Part shown: one piece after another, positions 43,440-54,363 of the stretch
Numbering within the stretch: the stretch's first letter is position 1
How the letters are laid out: the number at the start of each line of letters is the position of its first letter
Origin: an uncultured Planctomycetota bacterium
GTDB lineage: Bacteria > Planctomycetota > Planctomycetia > Isosphaerales > Isosphaeraceae
Assembly (NCBI GenBank): GCA_963845755.1
Contig: CAWJTV010000027.1
Location: 192,001-256,000 of the forward strand
DNA length: 64,000 bases
Direction: 5' to 3'
Notes under the pieces: model-generated
Databases searched by the model: none
What the model was told of the DNA's origin: nothing
What the model saw: the letters and a program-made list of their open reading frames with translations, nothing else
Position numbers and translations under genes: made by a program

Positions 43440-46400
43440 TTATTTTGCATCGATAACTTTGACGCTGCTGGCGTGATCGAGGGCTACCGAGTTCTGCCTC
43501 GCGAGGCGAATCAGCTCACGGAAGTCGTCCCGCGCACGAAGCGGTGCCAGGTGTTCGTCGGTGCCGAGCTTGTACGCGTTGTCGAAACCCGCCTCGACGG
43601 CCTTGCGGAGTGCCGCGACAGCGGCCGCCGGCGGTCCTGGCGAGGCAGGGTCGAGCCGGGCCTGGAGGGCCAGGGCGCAGGCCAGATCGTAGGAGTACGA
43701 GGGGTCCTCGACGGCGAGTTTCTCCTCGATGGCCAGGGCGCGTTCCGCCGCGGCCGCGGCCTCTCTCGCCCTGCCGGCGCCGGCGAGCGCGGAACCTCGC
43801 ATCATCTCGATCGTCGCCTTCAGATTCCTCAACCGGGGTTGTTCCGGCCTCGCGCGGAGCACGACGTCGAGGATGTTATCCGCGTTGCGGAGTGCCACCA
43901 GGACTTCCGGAGTCGAGCCCGACCTTGCTGCAACCTCCGCGAGTGCCAGGTATCCCTCGGCGGCCAGGCACCGGTCCGCTCGGGTCAATCGTCCGCCTGG
44001 CGACTTCTCCTCCGAGTCCTGGAGGAGAGTGCGGAGGGTGCTGGCTCGGCTTGACAGCGATTCACCCGTCCGGGCCGCGAGCCGGAACGACTCGACGACG
44101 GTATGGAAATGGATGGCGTGGCAGCTCAGGTGTGGCACCGGTTCGCGTCGATCCTGATCTGTGATACCCAGGGCTTCCTCGCAAGCATTTTCCGCGAGGT
44201 CGAAGTGGTCGGTCTCCCGCTCGAGCCCGGCGAGGAAGGAGTCGGACTCGGCGAGGCACATCGCGAACTCGGATGAGGTGGGGTTCAGCCGCAGTTGCTC
44301 CCGATGCAGGGCGATCGCCTGGCTGGAGGACCGCCCTGGCCCGGGTCGTCCGCCCTTGCTCGGCCCAGACCTGGCCGAGGTAAAAGGCGATCTCCCCTTG
44401 GATGTGACGAAATTCGATGACCTTGGGGTTATCTCCGGACCACATCCCCGATGAGCTCGGCGGGCTTGTTCGAGGTCGGCTTCCGCTGAGGTGAGGGCAC
44501 CGAGCTCCAGATCGACTTGCCCAAGAAATCGCAAGTCACGGGCCATTTCTTTCCGCAAGATTGTACTGTTGGGACGGTCTTCCAGGAGTGGCGCGAGCAA
44601 TTCGCGAGCCTTCTGATTCGTCCGCACGGCAGCGGCCAGGTCGTCCTCGTTCCGAAAGAGAACACCGAGGTTATTCAGCGCTCGGGCCAGGACTCGCCGC
44701 GTCTCAAAGTCGGCGGGCGAGCGTCTTGCGGCGTCGCTCAGGACCTCGACGGCCTTCTCGAACTCGCGCCTTGGAGCCCAGATTGTCCCCGGCCATCTCG
44801 CTCGCCCGACGCCGGCGATGTCATGACTTCGCCCGAGACAACGACCTGGTTCTGGGTCGTCCGGTCTGACCCGCATGACCTCTGCCCAGAGTTCGGCGGC
44901 GAGCCGGGCCGTTCGAGAGCTCTCTTCCGGACTGGTTGGAGAAAACTGCCTCGAGGGCAAACGCCTGGCAGCTTCGGGCCAGGCCGATGCGGACCTCGAG
45001 GTTTGTCGGATCCGCGACGAGGAGGGCCTGGAAATGCCCGATGGCGGTCGACAGGATCCGCTTGGCTTCTTCCTTCGAGCCGATCTCTCCGGTGATTGTC
45101 CCCCATCGGAAGTAGGCGTTGGCCAGTTGAACCCTGAGCCCTGGATCGTTGGTTTGCTGTTCCGCGAAGGATTTGTAGTAGGGGAGCGAGAGCCTGAGGA
45201 GCCGTTCCCGCAGGGGCTGCATCCCGGGCTCATTGAGGAGGTGCTCCTCGCTGACCTCCTTGTAGTAGGTATTGACCGCCTCATTGGCCATCTTCAGCGT
45301 CCGCCTCGCCCCATCCCGGGCTGCCACCGCGGCGCGCCACTGCCAGGTCACGGCCATCAGGCCCGTGACGATGGCAACAGCCAGGCCGGCCAGCAGCGCG
45401 GCGATCGCCGGCCGGCGCCGTGCCCATTTCCAGCACCTCTCCAGCACCCCGGTATCCCGGGCTCGGATCGGCTTGCCATCCAGGAACCGTGCCAGGTCCT
45501 CGGCCAGCGCCCCGGCCGTCGCGTACCGGCCCGCCGGGTCCCGCGCGATTGCCTTCTGCACCACCGTCTCCAGGTCGCGCGGCAGCGTGACACTCAGCTT
45601 CCGCAGTCGGGCCGGCTCTTCCTCCATCACCTGACGGATCAACGCCTGGCGCGCCGCCTGTTCGAATGCCGGGCGCAGCGCCACCATCTCATACAAGGTC
45701 AGGCCCAGGGCGTAGACGTCCGACCGCGCGTCGCACCGCCCGTGGAACCGCTCCGGGGCCATGTAGCGGATCGTGCCCACGATATCGCCGGTGTGCGTCA
45801 GGTCGTCTCCTTCGACGGCCTTGGCCAGGCCGAAGTCGGCAACCCACGCGGTCCCCTGGGCGTCGAGCAAGACGTTGGAGGGCTTGATGTCGCGGTGTAA
45901 GATACCCTGGGTGTGGGCGTACTCCAGGGCGCCGGCGACCTGGAGGCCGACCCGCGCCACACTCCGCCAATAACGGGCGTCGGACCCCAGGTCCGACGGG
46001 CCGATTCTGCCCTTCGAAGCCGGTTCGGTGGCTACGACCATCCGTCGGGGGGAATGAAACGTCATTTCCGGTTCGTCCGGCTGCGAGGCCTCGCTGGAGG
46101 AGGGCCCATCGGTGAGCAGAGTGGTCGGAACAAACTGTTCGGTGACGAGCGACCGGGCGATCCCCGTGGCCGTGGTGGCGATCCCCACCGGGTCTTCCCC
46201 GAGCTCGGGCGGCGGGGCTCCGGCGGGAGCGGAGGTTGACGTCGAGGACCTGAGCCGCTTGACCTCGTCGATCACATTGTCCAGTCCGAGGCCCGGGATG
46301 AACTGCATCGCGTAGTAGTGCAGCCCATCCTGCTCGCCGACGCCGAAGACCGGCACGATGTTGGTGTGGTGCAACTGGGCCGCCGCGCGGGCCTCGCGCT

Positions 46401-46794
46401 CGAACCGCCTCACCTGCGCCGGGTCGGGAATGGTGTGGGCGGCGAGGACCTTGAGCGCGACCCGCCGGCCGAGCGACTGCTGCTCGGCCTCGTAGACCAC
46501 CCCCATGCCGCCGCGGCCGGCCTCGCGGAGGACGCGGAAGTCGCCCAGCCGCTCCAACCGCGCACCGCGGACGACCACCGCCGTGGCGTCGAAGTCGCCG
46601 GTGACGTCAACCGAGTCGGGCTCGGACTCCCCGGTCTTCTGCGCCGAGGGGATCGTCCGATGGATCTCGGCGGTCACGTCGGCGTGGGCCGCCGCGTGGC
46701 CCTCGACCGAGGGCGCTCGTCTCCGTGCCGGCTTCTCCACGAAGTCGTTGTCCAGTGCACCGAGCCGTTCTTCCGAAGTCAATGGATCGGTCAT
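43440..46794 (-). CDS. Ser/Thr kinase with TM helix and TPR-like C-terminus (frameshifts near 44930, 44460, 44330)
   Basis: GRGGMGVVY, HRDIKPSN, DFGLAK and GTIRYMAPE, with helical repeats ending YDLACALA..LAPLRARDDF. Confidence 0.88.
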
Positions 46795-46840
46795 CGCACG
46801 ACTCAAATTCGTTTCGACTTGAGATTTCGCCGCGAATGGA

Positions 46841-47777
46841 TCACCGAGGGCGGAAAGAGACGAGCGTGTCGTCGACCACCGAACCCACCGGCTTCATGTG
46901 TCGGATGGCGCGGAGATGCCGGCGGCGGCAAGCCGCGGCCAGAGTCCCCAGCACACCCAGACCCAACAGGGACAAGCTCGATGGCTCCGGTACCGACAGG
47001 GTCAGGATGGCCGTCTGGGAGAACAACAGCGAGCCGGGATCTCGGCTCGTCGAGTCCTTATAGATCGAGTAGGTGCCGCTAAAGGTCAGCGGGCCAAACG
47101 AGCTGAGCGTCGCCACCTCCTGGTCGAGCAGTTGCTGCCCGGTCATGCCCGTCCCGCCGACCATGAGGATCTGGTCGGAAGCTGCCGACCCCGCGGTAGA
47201 TCAGCTCATTGACTAACTGGTCCGGGGAGCCGCTGGTGATGTACGTCTTCGTTCCGTCGGCGTTGTCGATCACCCCGACGCGGCCCGCACTGTAGTTGAA
47301 GTTGCTCAGGTCGGTCACGTTGCCGAGCAGCGAGCCGGCGGGGTTGCCGGGCATGTCGCTGCTGACGCCCGTGAAGACGACCTGCGAGAGGCTGAACAGC
47401 GTCCCGTTGCCGGAGATGTGGACGGGCGCGTAGAGCAGGTTTCCCAGCTCGTTGGCGAACGCCCCGGTCGGGTTGGCCTGGCCGTTCCAGGAGGTGAAGT
47501 CGCCGGTGGGAATGATGTCCCGGACGTTGGTGGACGTGACCGTTTGGAAAGCCGTCGGGTCGGTCGCGGGGTTGCCGACGGCGGTGAAGCCGTTGGTGAT
47601 TCCCTGGATTGCATTGAGCTGCCAGGTCGGGAAGCTCGGGGAGCCGCTGGCCCCGTTGGGGCCGATCGCGAACCCCTGCTGGATGGTAAAGCCGGCCTGG
47701 GCCGGGGTCACGATCGCCACTAACAGCAATGCCAGTGACAGTGTCAGTGTCAGGAACTTTGCACGGGAGATATTCAT
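46841..47777 (-). CDS. PEP-CTERM protein, frameshift near 47175
   Basis: Signal peptide ending PAQA and C-terminal VPEPSSLSLLGLGVLG..RRRH in the second frame. Confidence 0.85.
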
Positions 47778-48630
47778 GGATAAGTTACTCCTTGGTGGCA
47801 TTCGACAGGATCGGCTCGCACACGGAGAAACCAGCCCTTCGAGCCGGTAAACCTGGGGCCTGCTCGAGGGGATTCCCTCGACGAAACCGCCGGGGCCTCT
47901 CATCAAATCGATCCCGATGCGAACTGCCAGGGGCTGCTTCGGCAGCCCTTGTTATCCAGGGGCGACCCCATTCGATGAGTCATCACCTCGACAGCGTTGT
48001 GCGATTCTCGAGACGGAGAACACACAACTTGGGTCTCTTCCCGGAAGTGTCGCCGCGATCGTCGGGTTACTGATCCAGGTCATTTACCCCTGTCCACGAC
48101 GAAACCTATAAGCGCGGCGAAAAAACCGCGCGGACCTCCGCTGGGAGTGGAGCCGAGTTTCGGTGGGCAGGCGCGATTCCTGATCTCCCCGGATCAATGA
48201 ATCCGGGAGGGTGAGCATGTCCTCGATTCGGGTCAACGGCTTCGGAGAAAACCGCGGGATCGTAATGACGGGAATCGGCGAGGCCAGGACCGTTAACGCC
48301 CAGCAATGAACGAGTGGGAGTGCACGCTTGCAACCCGAAAGGTCCACCGCTATCGTTGGGGTACCGATCGGAATGAGTTACTCCTATCGGCGATGAAACC
48401 TATAAGCGCGCAGAAAAAAGCGGACCACCCCAGGGTGTAGAGGTGAGTTCGCTGGATTGCCGCAACGTCGCGATGCGATCCGAGGGATGCACGACAATTC
48501 TTGATTCCGATCACCATCATGCTGAAATCTGATGGCTCGAACACGGATGTCAGCCTGCTGTTCCGCCTGGGTCGCCACCCGTCGGATCAGGCCGCCTGGG
48601 AAGAGTTCGTCGACCGCTATGGCGCGAAGA

Positions 48631-50051
48631 GGGTGTGACCGACGATTGATGTAGAGTTTGAGGAGCTTTCTCAGTAAGATTTTGGGGGATTCTCTTCTCT
48701 CTTCACGGAGGCCCGACGATGTCCGCACAGATCATCAGCCGCACTGAGGCGGGTTTCACCGTCCAGATCACCATCCCCTACCACCGCTCGATGCTCGAGT
48801 TCGAGGAAACGCTCCAGGACCAACTCAACGCCGCCGGTGTCCTGGCCACTGAGGAAGGACTGCGGCAATTCGACACCGACGGCTCTCCCCTCACCGTCGG
48901 CTCGGTCACGTTGACCAGCAAGGGTCAGTCCTCCAAGGATTACCAGACGCCCTATGGCATGGCCACGGTCCAACGGCACGTCTACCAGAGTCCCCAGGGC
49001 GGAGCCACCTACTGCCCCCTGGATCGTGACGCCCGGATCATCGTCAGCTCCACCCCTAAGTTCGCCAAGATGGTCGCGAGTAAGTACGCCGAATTCGGCT
49101 CGGCGCGAGTCCGGCGCGATCTGCGCGACAACCACGGCCGGGACGTCTCGCGCTGCCTGATCCAGGACGTCGCCGACGCGGTGGCCGCCGTGGCGCTGGT
49201 CAAGGAGGAAGACTGGAGTTACCACCTCCCCACGATGGACACGCCCCCGACGACCGTGGCCCTCAGCTTGGACGGGACCTGCGTGCTGATGTGCGAGGAC
49301 GGTTGGCGGGAGACGATGGTCGGGACGATCAGCTTCTACGACGGCGCGGGCCAGCGGCAGCACACGATCTACCTGGCGGCGACGCCCGAGTACGGCAAGG
49401 CGACCTTCCTGGGTCGCTTGGAGGCGGAGGTGTCCCAGGTGAAGGCGAAGTATCCTCAGGCCCACTACGCCGGGATCGCCGACGGAGCCAAGGGGAACTG
49501 GGAATTCCTCCGACGGTACACTGACACTCAGGTCGTGGACTTCTGGCATGCTGCGGAGTATCTGGGCAAGGCGGCGGCGGTGCTGTACCGGGGCCAGCCC
49601 GCGACGCGTCGGTCGTGGACGGAGGCGAGCTGTCACACGTTGAAGCACGAACCCGGAGGCGCGGCCACGATCCTCAAGCAATTGAAGTCGCTGGCGAAAG
49701 TGCGGCCGTGGGCCAAGGATGATGAGGACGTACAACGAGCCATCACCTACTTCACCAACCAATCGACCGCGGGACGGATGGACTATGCGGCGCGGGTCGC
49801 CAACAACGAGCCGATCGGCAGTGGCGTGACCGAAGCCGCCTGCAAGGTGATCGTGAAGCAACGTCTCTGCGGTTCGGGGATGAAATGGAAGGAGTCGGGA
49901 GCGGCGGCGGTGCTGAGTCTACGCTGCTTGAACCACACGACGGGGAGGTGGGACCAGTTCTGGTCGAAGATCGACCGCTGCGGGTTTCCGGTGGCAGCCT
50001 GAACCCTGGGCGGTTTCCGATAATATGCTACATCAATCGTCGGTCACACCC
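48631..50051 (+). mobile_element. ISKra4-family insertion sequence, apparently intact
   Basis: Perfect 24-bp IRs GGGTGTGACCGACGATTGATGTAG and an 8-bp duplication CGCGAAGA (48623-30, 50052-59). Confidence 0.93.
48719..50002 (+). CDS. ISKra4-family transposase
   Basis: SLDGTC, ADGAKGNW, VDFWHAAEYL and IGSGVTEAACK motifs. Confidence 0.93.
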   Translation: MSAQIISRTEAGFTVQITIPYHRSMLEFEETLQDQLNAAGVLATEEGLRQFDTDGSPLTVGSVTLTSKGQSSKDYQTPYGMATVQRHVYQSPQGGATYCPLDRDARIIVSSTPKFAKMVASKYAEFGSARVRRDLRDNHGRDVSRCLIQDVADAVAAVALVKEEDWSYHLPTMDTPPTTVALSLDGTCVLMCEDGWRETMVGTISFYDGAGQRQHTIYLAATPEYGKATFLGRLEAEVSQVKAKYPQAHYAGIADGAKGNWEFLRRYTDTQVVDFWHAAEYLGKAAAVLYRGQPATRRSWTEASCHTLKHEPGGAATILKQLKSLAKVRPWAKDDEDVQRAITYFTNQSTAGRMDYAARVANNEPIGSGVTEAACKVIVKQRLCGSGMKWKESGAAAVLSLRCLNHTTGRWDQFWSKIDRCGFPVAA

Positions 50052-50179
50052 CGCGAAGATCTACGCGTGGTGCCGCGCCTGGCGACTCCAGGATGCAGAC
50101 GCCCAGGATGTGACCCAGGCGGTTCTGGCCAAGCTCGCCGTCCAGTTGCGCCGGTTTACCTACGACCCCTCACTCGATC

Positions 50180-51312
50180 ATGGATAACCTCCTCGACCTG
50201 AGGAGGGCCCAGGCCACCCGGCGCATGCCGAGGGCCACCCGGGCGATGCCGCGCGGCTGATCCAGGCCAAGGCCCTACCGATCTGCGACCGGCGCGTCAT
50301 AAGGGCCGAGGCCTGGCTGGCCCGCGACCCCCGCGATCGGGACGCCCGGGTGAATCTCGTCGTATTCCTCGCGGAGCGTGGCGCGTTCCTGGCGGAGCTG
50401 GGCCGCCGGGCCGAGGCGCTGAGGGATGTGGATCGCGGCCTCGCCGTGGGTGGGGAGATCCTCCTCCCGCCCGAGACCGCAACGAGCCCCGCAGGCGCGG
50501 AGCGATCCGCCAGCGCCGCCCAGGCGTTGGGCCTCCGGGAGCCGATGGACCAGGGTGCGGTCCCGCTCTTCAGGATCGCCGGCATCCACGCCCTCCTGGC
50601 CGCGTCCGGCCGCGATGACGGACCGCAGTCCACCCGCGACGCGGATCGGGCTATCGAGCTGTTGCGGAAGGCCGTCAGCCGGGGTTTTCGTCGGAGGGAC
50701 CTCATCGCCGAGAACTCGGGCTTCACCTTCCTGAAGCCGCGGGCCGATTTCCGGGCGATCCTCGATCGCCTGCCCTGGAGGGTCGAGGGGGCCATGGAAG
50801 GCGAAGCCCTCAAGGTGCTGAAGTCGAGCGGGCCGTTCGAAGTCGCTCCGCAAGCCCTCCCCGAGAAGCGCCATGTCGGAAGGTGGAGCGGCGACGCGAT
50901 CTTGATCGGCAACCCGCGCCAGCCCGGCGATTGGGTCGAACTGGCCCTGCCCGTGCCCGCCGACGGGACCTATCGCGTCGTGGCCTACCTGATCGCGGCC
51001 CCAGGATACGGGGTGGTGCGGCTCGCGCTCGACGGCCGGCCGCAGGGCGTGCCCTTCGACGGATTCCGCCTCGGTCCCGATCCCCGATCCTACGCGATCC
51101 TGGACGCGACTCCATCCCCCGTCGCCGTCGAGCTGGGCACGGCTCACCTCCGGAAGGGGACCGCAACGCTCCGGCTCGAGGTCGTCGGCAAGGCCGAAGA
51201 ATCCCGGGGCTACTCCTGGGGGCTGGACTGTCTCGTGCTCCGGCCGTTCTCCGCCACGACCCCCCCCGAGGGAGGGCGGGACATGCGACGGAATGGGGAA
51301 CCGAGAGAATGA
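50180..51312 (+). pseudogene. C-terminal remnant of a kinase-type sensor (TPR-like plus carbohydrate-binding-like beta domain)
   Basis: AIELLRKAVSRGF..LKPRADFRAIL followed by EGEAL..WSG..GDWVELALPV..WGLD. No N-terminal kinase or clear start. Confidence 0.55.
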
Positions 51313-51393
51313 GAAACGGAAGGCTTGTATGAGCGATTACCCCGGCAGCGGCGCGGACTCTGTATGAGTGGGGCGGTCGGAGGAAGGCCCCGC

Positions 51394-51537
51394 TCAGCCG
51401 GGCCATTCGCCGGAGAAGACCTCGGTGGCCGGTCCGGTCATGAAGACCGGCGCGTGGTCGTCGGGCCATCCCAGCCCGAGGTCGCCGCCGGGCAGGTGGG
51501 CCAGGATCCTGCGATCGGAGTGGCCGGTGATCACTCC
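51394..51537 (-). repeat. Orphan copy of the dapF 3' end
   Basis: 51401-51537 matches 53276-53412 ungapped with 12 mismatches in 137 nt. Reads ILAHLPGGDL..MTGPATEVFSGEWPG*. Confidence 0.92.
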
Positions 51538-51655
51538 CAGGGGTGAAGGGAACATGGGTGGGCGATGGAGACCCGGCCACTTGCAATCTCACTAATGCCC
51601 GTGCATTATTGATCGTTACCCGGCAAATGCTTCTCACGTCGAATGGCCACCTCGT

Positions 51656-53248
51656 TTGGCGGAGTGGAACATGGCATCCTGGCGATCCGATTCGTCCCTG
51701 AGCCTGCCGTCGTATCACTCGGTCTCGGGCCGGCAAAACCCGGGCCGGCGCCGCCGGGACGGGTCATGCCGGTTCCGGCCGATGGTGGTCGGGCTCGAAG
51801 TGAGGGCTCTGCTTTCGGGCACGACGATCACGACGGTCGCGGGCGATGGGGTCTCGGGCTATACCGGCAATGGGGGTCAGGCGACCGCCGCCGAGCTCAA
51901 TTTTCCCGGGGGCCTCACGGTAGACTCCCACGGCAACCTCTTCATCGCCGATACCGCGAACGGGGTCATCCGCGAGGTGAACGCGAGCACGGGCATCATC
52001 ACCACGGTGGCGGGCGGCGGCGGCACATCGGCCAGCATTGGTGATGGTGGGCCCGCGACCGGCGCCTTCCTGGATCTGCCCCAGGGGGTCGCCGTCGCTG
52101 CCAATGGCAATCTCTTCATCGCCGACTTTGAAGAAGAACTCGTCCGCGAGGTGAACGCGAGCACGGGCATCATCACCACGTATGCGGGCATGCCCTACGA
52201 ATTCGGCTACGGCGGCGATGGCGGGCCGGCGAACCAGGCTTATCTGTACCGGCCCTATGACGTCGTGCTGGATGCCCAGGGCAACCTGTTCATCTCCGAC
52301 GAATCCGACCACGTGATCCGCGAGGTGAATGCGAGCACGGGCATCATCACCACGGTCGCGGGCGGCGCCGGAATGACTCAGATCGGTCCCTCTGCGGGCA
52401 TCGCGCGAGATCCGCAGGGCGACCTGTTCATCGCCAGCCCGACTGAGAATAAGGTCCTCGAACTGCACGCCGGCAGCGGCTTGGTCACCACCGTCGCGGG
52501 GACTGGCATGCTCGGCTACAGCGGTGATGGAGGGCCAGCCATCGACGCCGATCTGATTTCTCCCTGGGGAGTCGCCGTCGATACTCATGGCGACCTGTTC
52601 ATCAGCGACAACGGCAACAATGCGATCCGCGAGGTGAACCTGAGCACGGGGATCATCACGACCGTGGTCGGCGACGGCTACCCGGGCTATACCGGCGACG
52701 GCGGGCCGGCGATCGATGCCAAGTTGTCCGATCCCTTCGGACTGGCACTTGACTCCCACGGCGACCTGTTCATCGCCGACGCCGGGAACGATGCGATCCG
52801 CGAGATCACGGGCCTCACCGTTCCCAACGGCAACGGCAATCCCACGCCCACGCCCACTCCGACCCCGACGACCACGTTCACGCCCCTGCCGACGCCCGCA
52901 CCCAGCCCCGGCCCGCTGGTGAAGGTTCGAGGCGCCTCGCTCAAGACGGTCAAGCACGAGAACACCGAGGTGATCATCGTGCGTTTCAGTGGGGCGCTGG
53001 ATGCGGCGGATGTCCAGAATCCCGGCGTTTTCGGCGTCACGACGATCGGCAAGAGGAAGCGACCGAGCACGCCGGTGCCGCTGGCCAGCGCCAGCTACAA
53101 CGCGACGAACTTCACCGTGACCTTGACGCCGAGTGTTCGCCTGGCGCGGAATCAGCGGATCCGACTCACGGTCTGGGCCGCCGGCCTGCTCGACGTCGAG
53201 GGACGTCCGGTCGATGGGGGCGTCACCTTCGATAGGGCGCTGAGCTAG
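51656..53248 (+). CDS. Secreted NHL-repeat (beta-propeller) protein
   Basis: LEVRALLS motif, repeated GNLFIAD..IREVNASTGIITTVAG..GDGGPA units and a PT linker. Confidence 0.88.
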   Translation: MAEWNMASWRSDSSLSLPSYHSVSGRQNPGRRRRDGSCRFRPMVVGLEVRALLSGTTITTVAGDGVSGYTGNGGQATAAELNFPGGLTVDSHGNLFIADTANGVIREVNASTGIITTVAGGGGTSASIGDGGPATGAFLDLPQGVAVAANGNLFIADFEEELVREVNASTGIITTYAGMPYEFGYGGDGGPANQAYLYRPYDVVLDAQGNLFISDESDHVIREVNASTGIITTVAGGAGMTQIGPSAGIARDPQGDLFIASPTENKVLELHAGSGLVTTVAGTGMLGYSGDGGPAIDADLISPWGVAVDTHGDLFISDNGNNAIREVNLSTGIITTVVGDGYPGYTGDGGPAIDAKLSDPFGLALDSHGDLFIADAGNDAIREITGLTVPNGNGNPTPTPTPTPTTTFTPLPTPAPSPGPLVKVRGASLKTVKHENTEVIIVRFSGALDAADVQNPGVFGVTTIGKRKRPSTPVPLASASYNATNFTVTLTPSVRLARNQRIRLTVWAAGLLDVEGRPVDGGVTFDRALS

Positions 53249-53259
53249 ACCGCTCCACC

Positions 53260-54105
53260 CTACAGCGATCCGTCCGGCCAGTCGCCGGAGAAGACCTCGG
53301 TGGCCGGTCCGGTCATGTAGACCGGCGCGTGGTCGTCGGGCCATTCCAGCTCGAGGTCGCCGCCGGGCAGGTGGGCCAGGATCGTGCGGCCGGAGCGCCT
53401 GGTGACCACGCCGGCCACGCAGACCGAGCAGGCGCCGGTGCCGCAGGCCAGGGTGATTCCCGAGCCGCGCTCCCAGGTGCGCATCGTGACCTCGTCCGGA
53501 CTCGAGACCTGCACGACATGCACGTTCACGCGCCTCGGGAACGCCGGGTGATTCTCGATCCGCGGCCCCATCGTTTCGAGCGGGAATGCCCCTGCATCAT
53601 CGACATAAATCACCGCGTGCGGGTTGCCCACGGAGACGGCGGTCACGGCGAACGTCTGGCCGTCGATCGCGATTGGCGCATCGATCGGTGGCTCGCCGGT
53701 CAGGAGGGTCGGGATCCGCGCCGGGTCGAGGATCGGCGTGCCCATGTTCACGCGGACGCGGCGGACCTTTTTCCCGTCCACCTCCAGGTCGAGCGTGAGG
53801 ACGCCCCGACCCGTCTCGATCCTCAGCCGGTCCTTCCGCACGACGTCGTGATCGTAGAGATACTTGGCGACGCAACGGATGCCGTTGCCGCACATCTCGC
53901 CTTCGGAGCCGTCGGCGTTGAACATCCGCATCCGCGCATCGGCCTGCTCGGAGGGCATGATCAGGATCAGGCCGTCGCCCCCGATCCCGTAATGGCGGTC
54001 GCTCACCGCCACCGCCAGCTTGGCCGGTTCGGCCGGCGCCTTCTGGTCGAAGGTGGAAACGTAGACGTAATCGTTGCCGATCCCATGCATCTTCGTGAAT
54101 CGCAT
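53260..54105 (-). CDS. dapF: Diaminopimelate epimerase
   Basis: FTKMHGIGNDY, NADGSEGEMCGNGIRC, GNPH and ERGSGITLACGTGAC. Confidence 0.96.
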   Translation of the reverse strand: MRFTKMHGIGNDYVYVSTFDQKAPAEPAKLAVAVSDRHYGIGGDGLILIMPSEQADARMRMFNADGSEGEMCGNGIRCVAKYLYDHDVVRKDRLRIETGRGVLTLDLEVDGKKVRRVRVNMGTPILDPARIPTLLTGEPPIDAPIAIDGQTFAVTAVSVGNPHAVIYVDDAGAFPLETMGPRIENHPAFPRRVNVHVVQVSSPDEVTMRTWERGSGITLACGTGACSVCVAGVVTRRSGRTILAHLPGGDLELEWPDDHAPVYMTGPATEVFSGDWPDGSL

Positions 54106-54363
54106 CAGTCGATCATCCCGCTCGAGACGTCTCGGGTCAATGCGTGGTTTCCGCCAGGGCCGGCCGAGCCCTCTTGCCGTGCCGGCGACGCCTCCAGTGA
54201 GGGAATCTCGACCAAGTCGCGCGGCGAGATTCGCCAAAACCCGTATAATTCTGAGAATCGGGTCATCATCACCACCCGAACAATGCAATCATGCGAGAAG
54301 GATTCGTCCATCCCGACCGAAGGCTTGGGACTGATTTCGATTTTCCGACAGGGAGAATGCTCG

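Larger units (their letters stand above)
48519..50175 (+). pseudogene. ECF sigma factor split by ISKra4 and truncated
   Basis: MLKSDGSNTDVSLL..DQAAWEEFVDRYGAK | IYAWCR..DADAQDVTQAVL..FTYDPS, then a stop. Region 4 is absent. Confidence 0.85.

Noticed and set aside
14738..51312. One large genomic island or prophage
   Set aside because: No integrase, phage genes, tRNA target or long-range att repeats were seen. The region looks like an accretion of small modules.
51394..53412. Diversity-generating retroelement template/variable repeat pair (also 22555/24515)
   Set aside because: The mismatches are not confined to adenines, and there is no reverse transcriptase in the window.
53329..54363. 707-aa ORF as one long PPIase
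   Set aside because: The first half is the antisense shadow of dapF. The real gene starts at ATG 54364 with a signal peptide.
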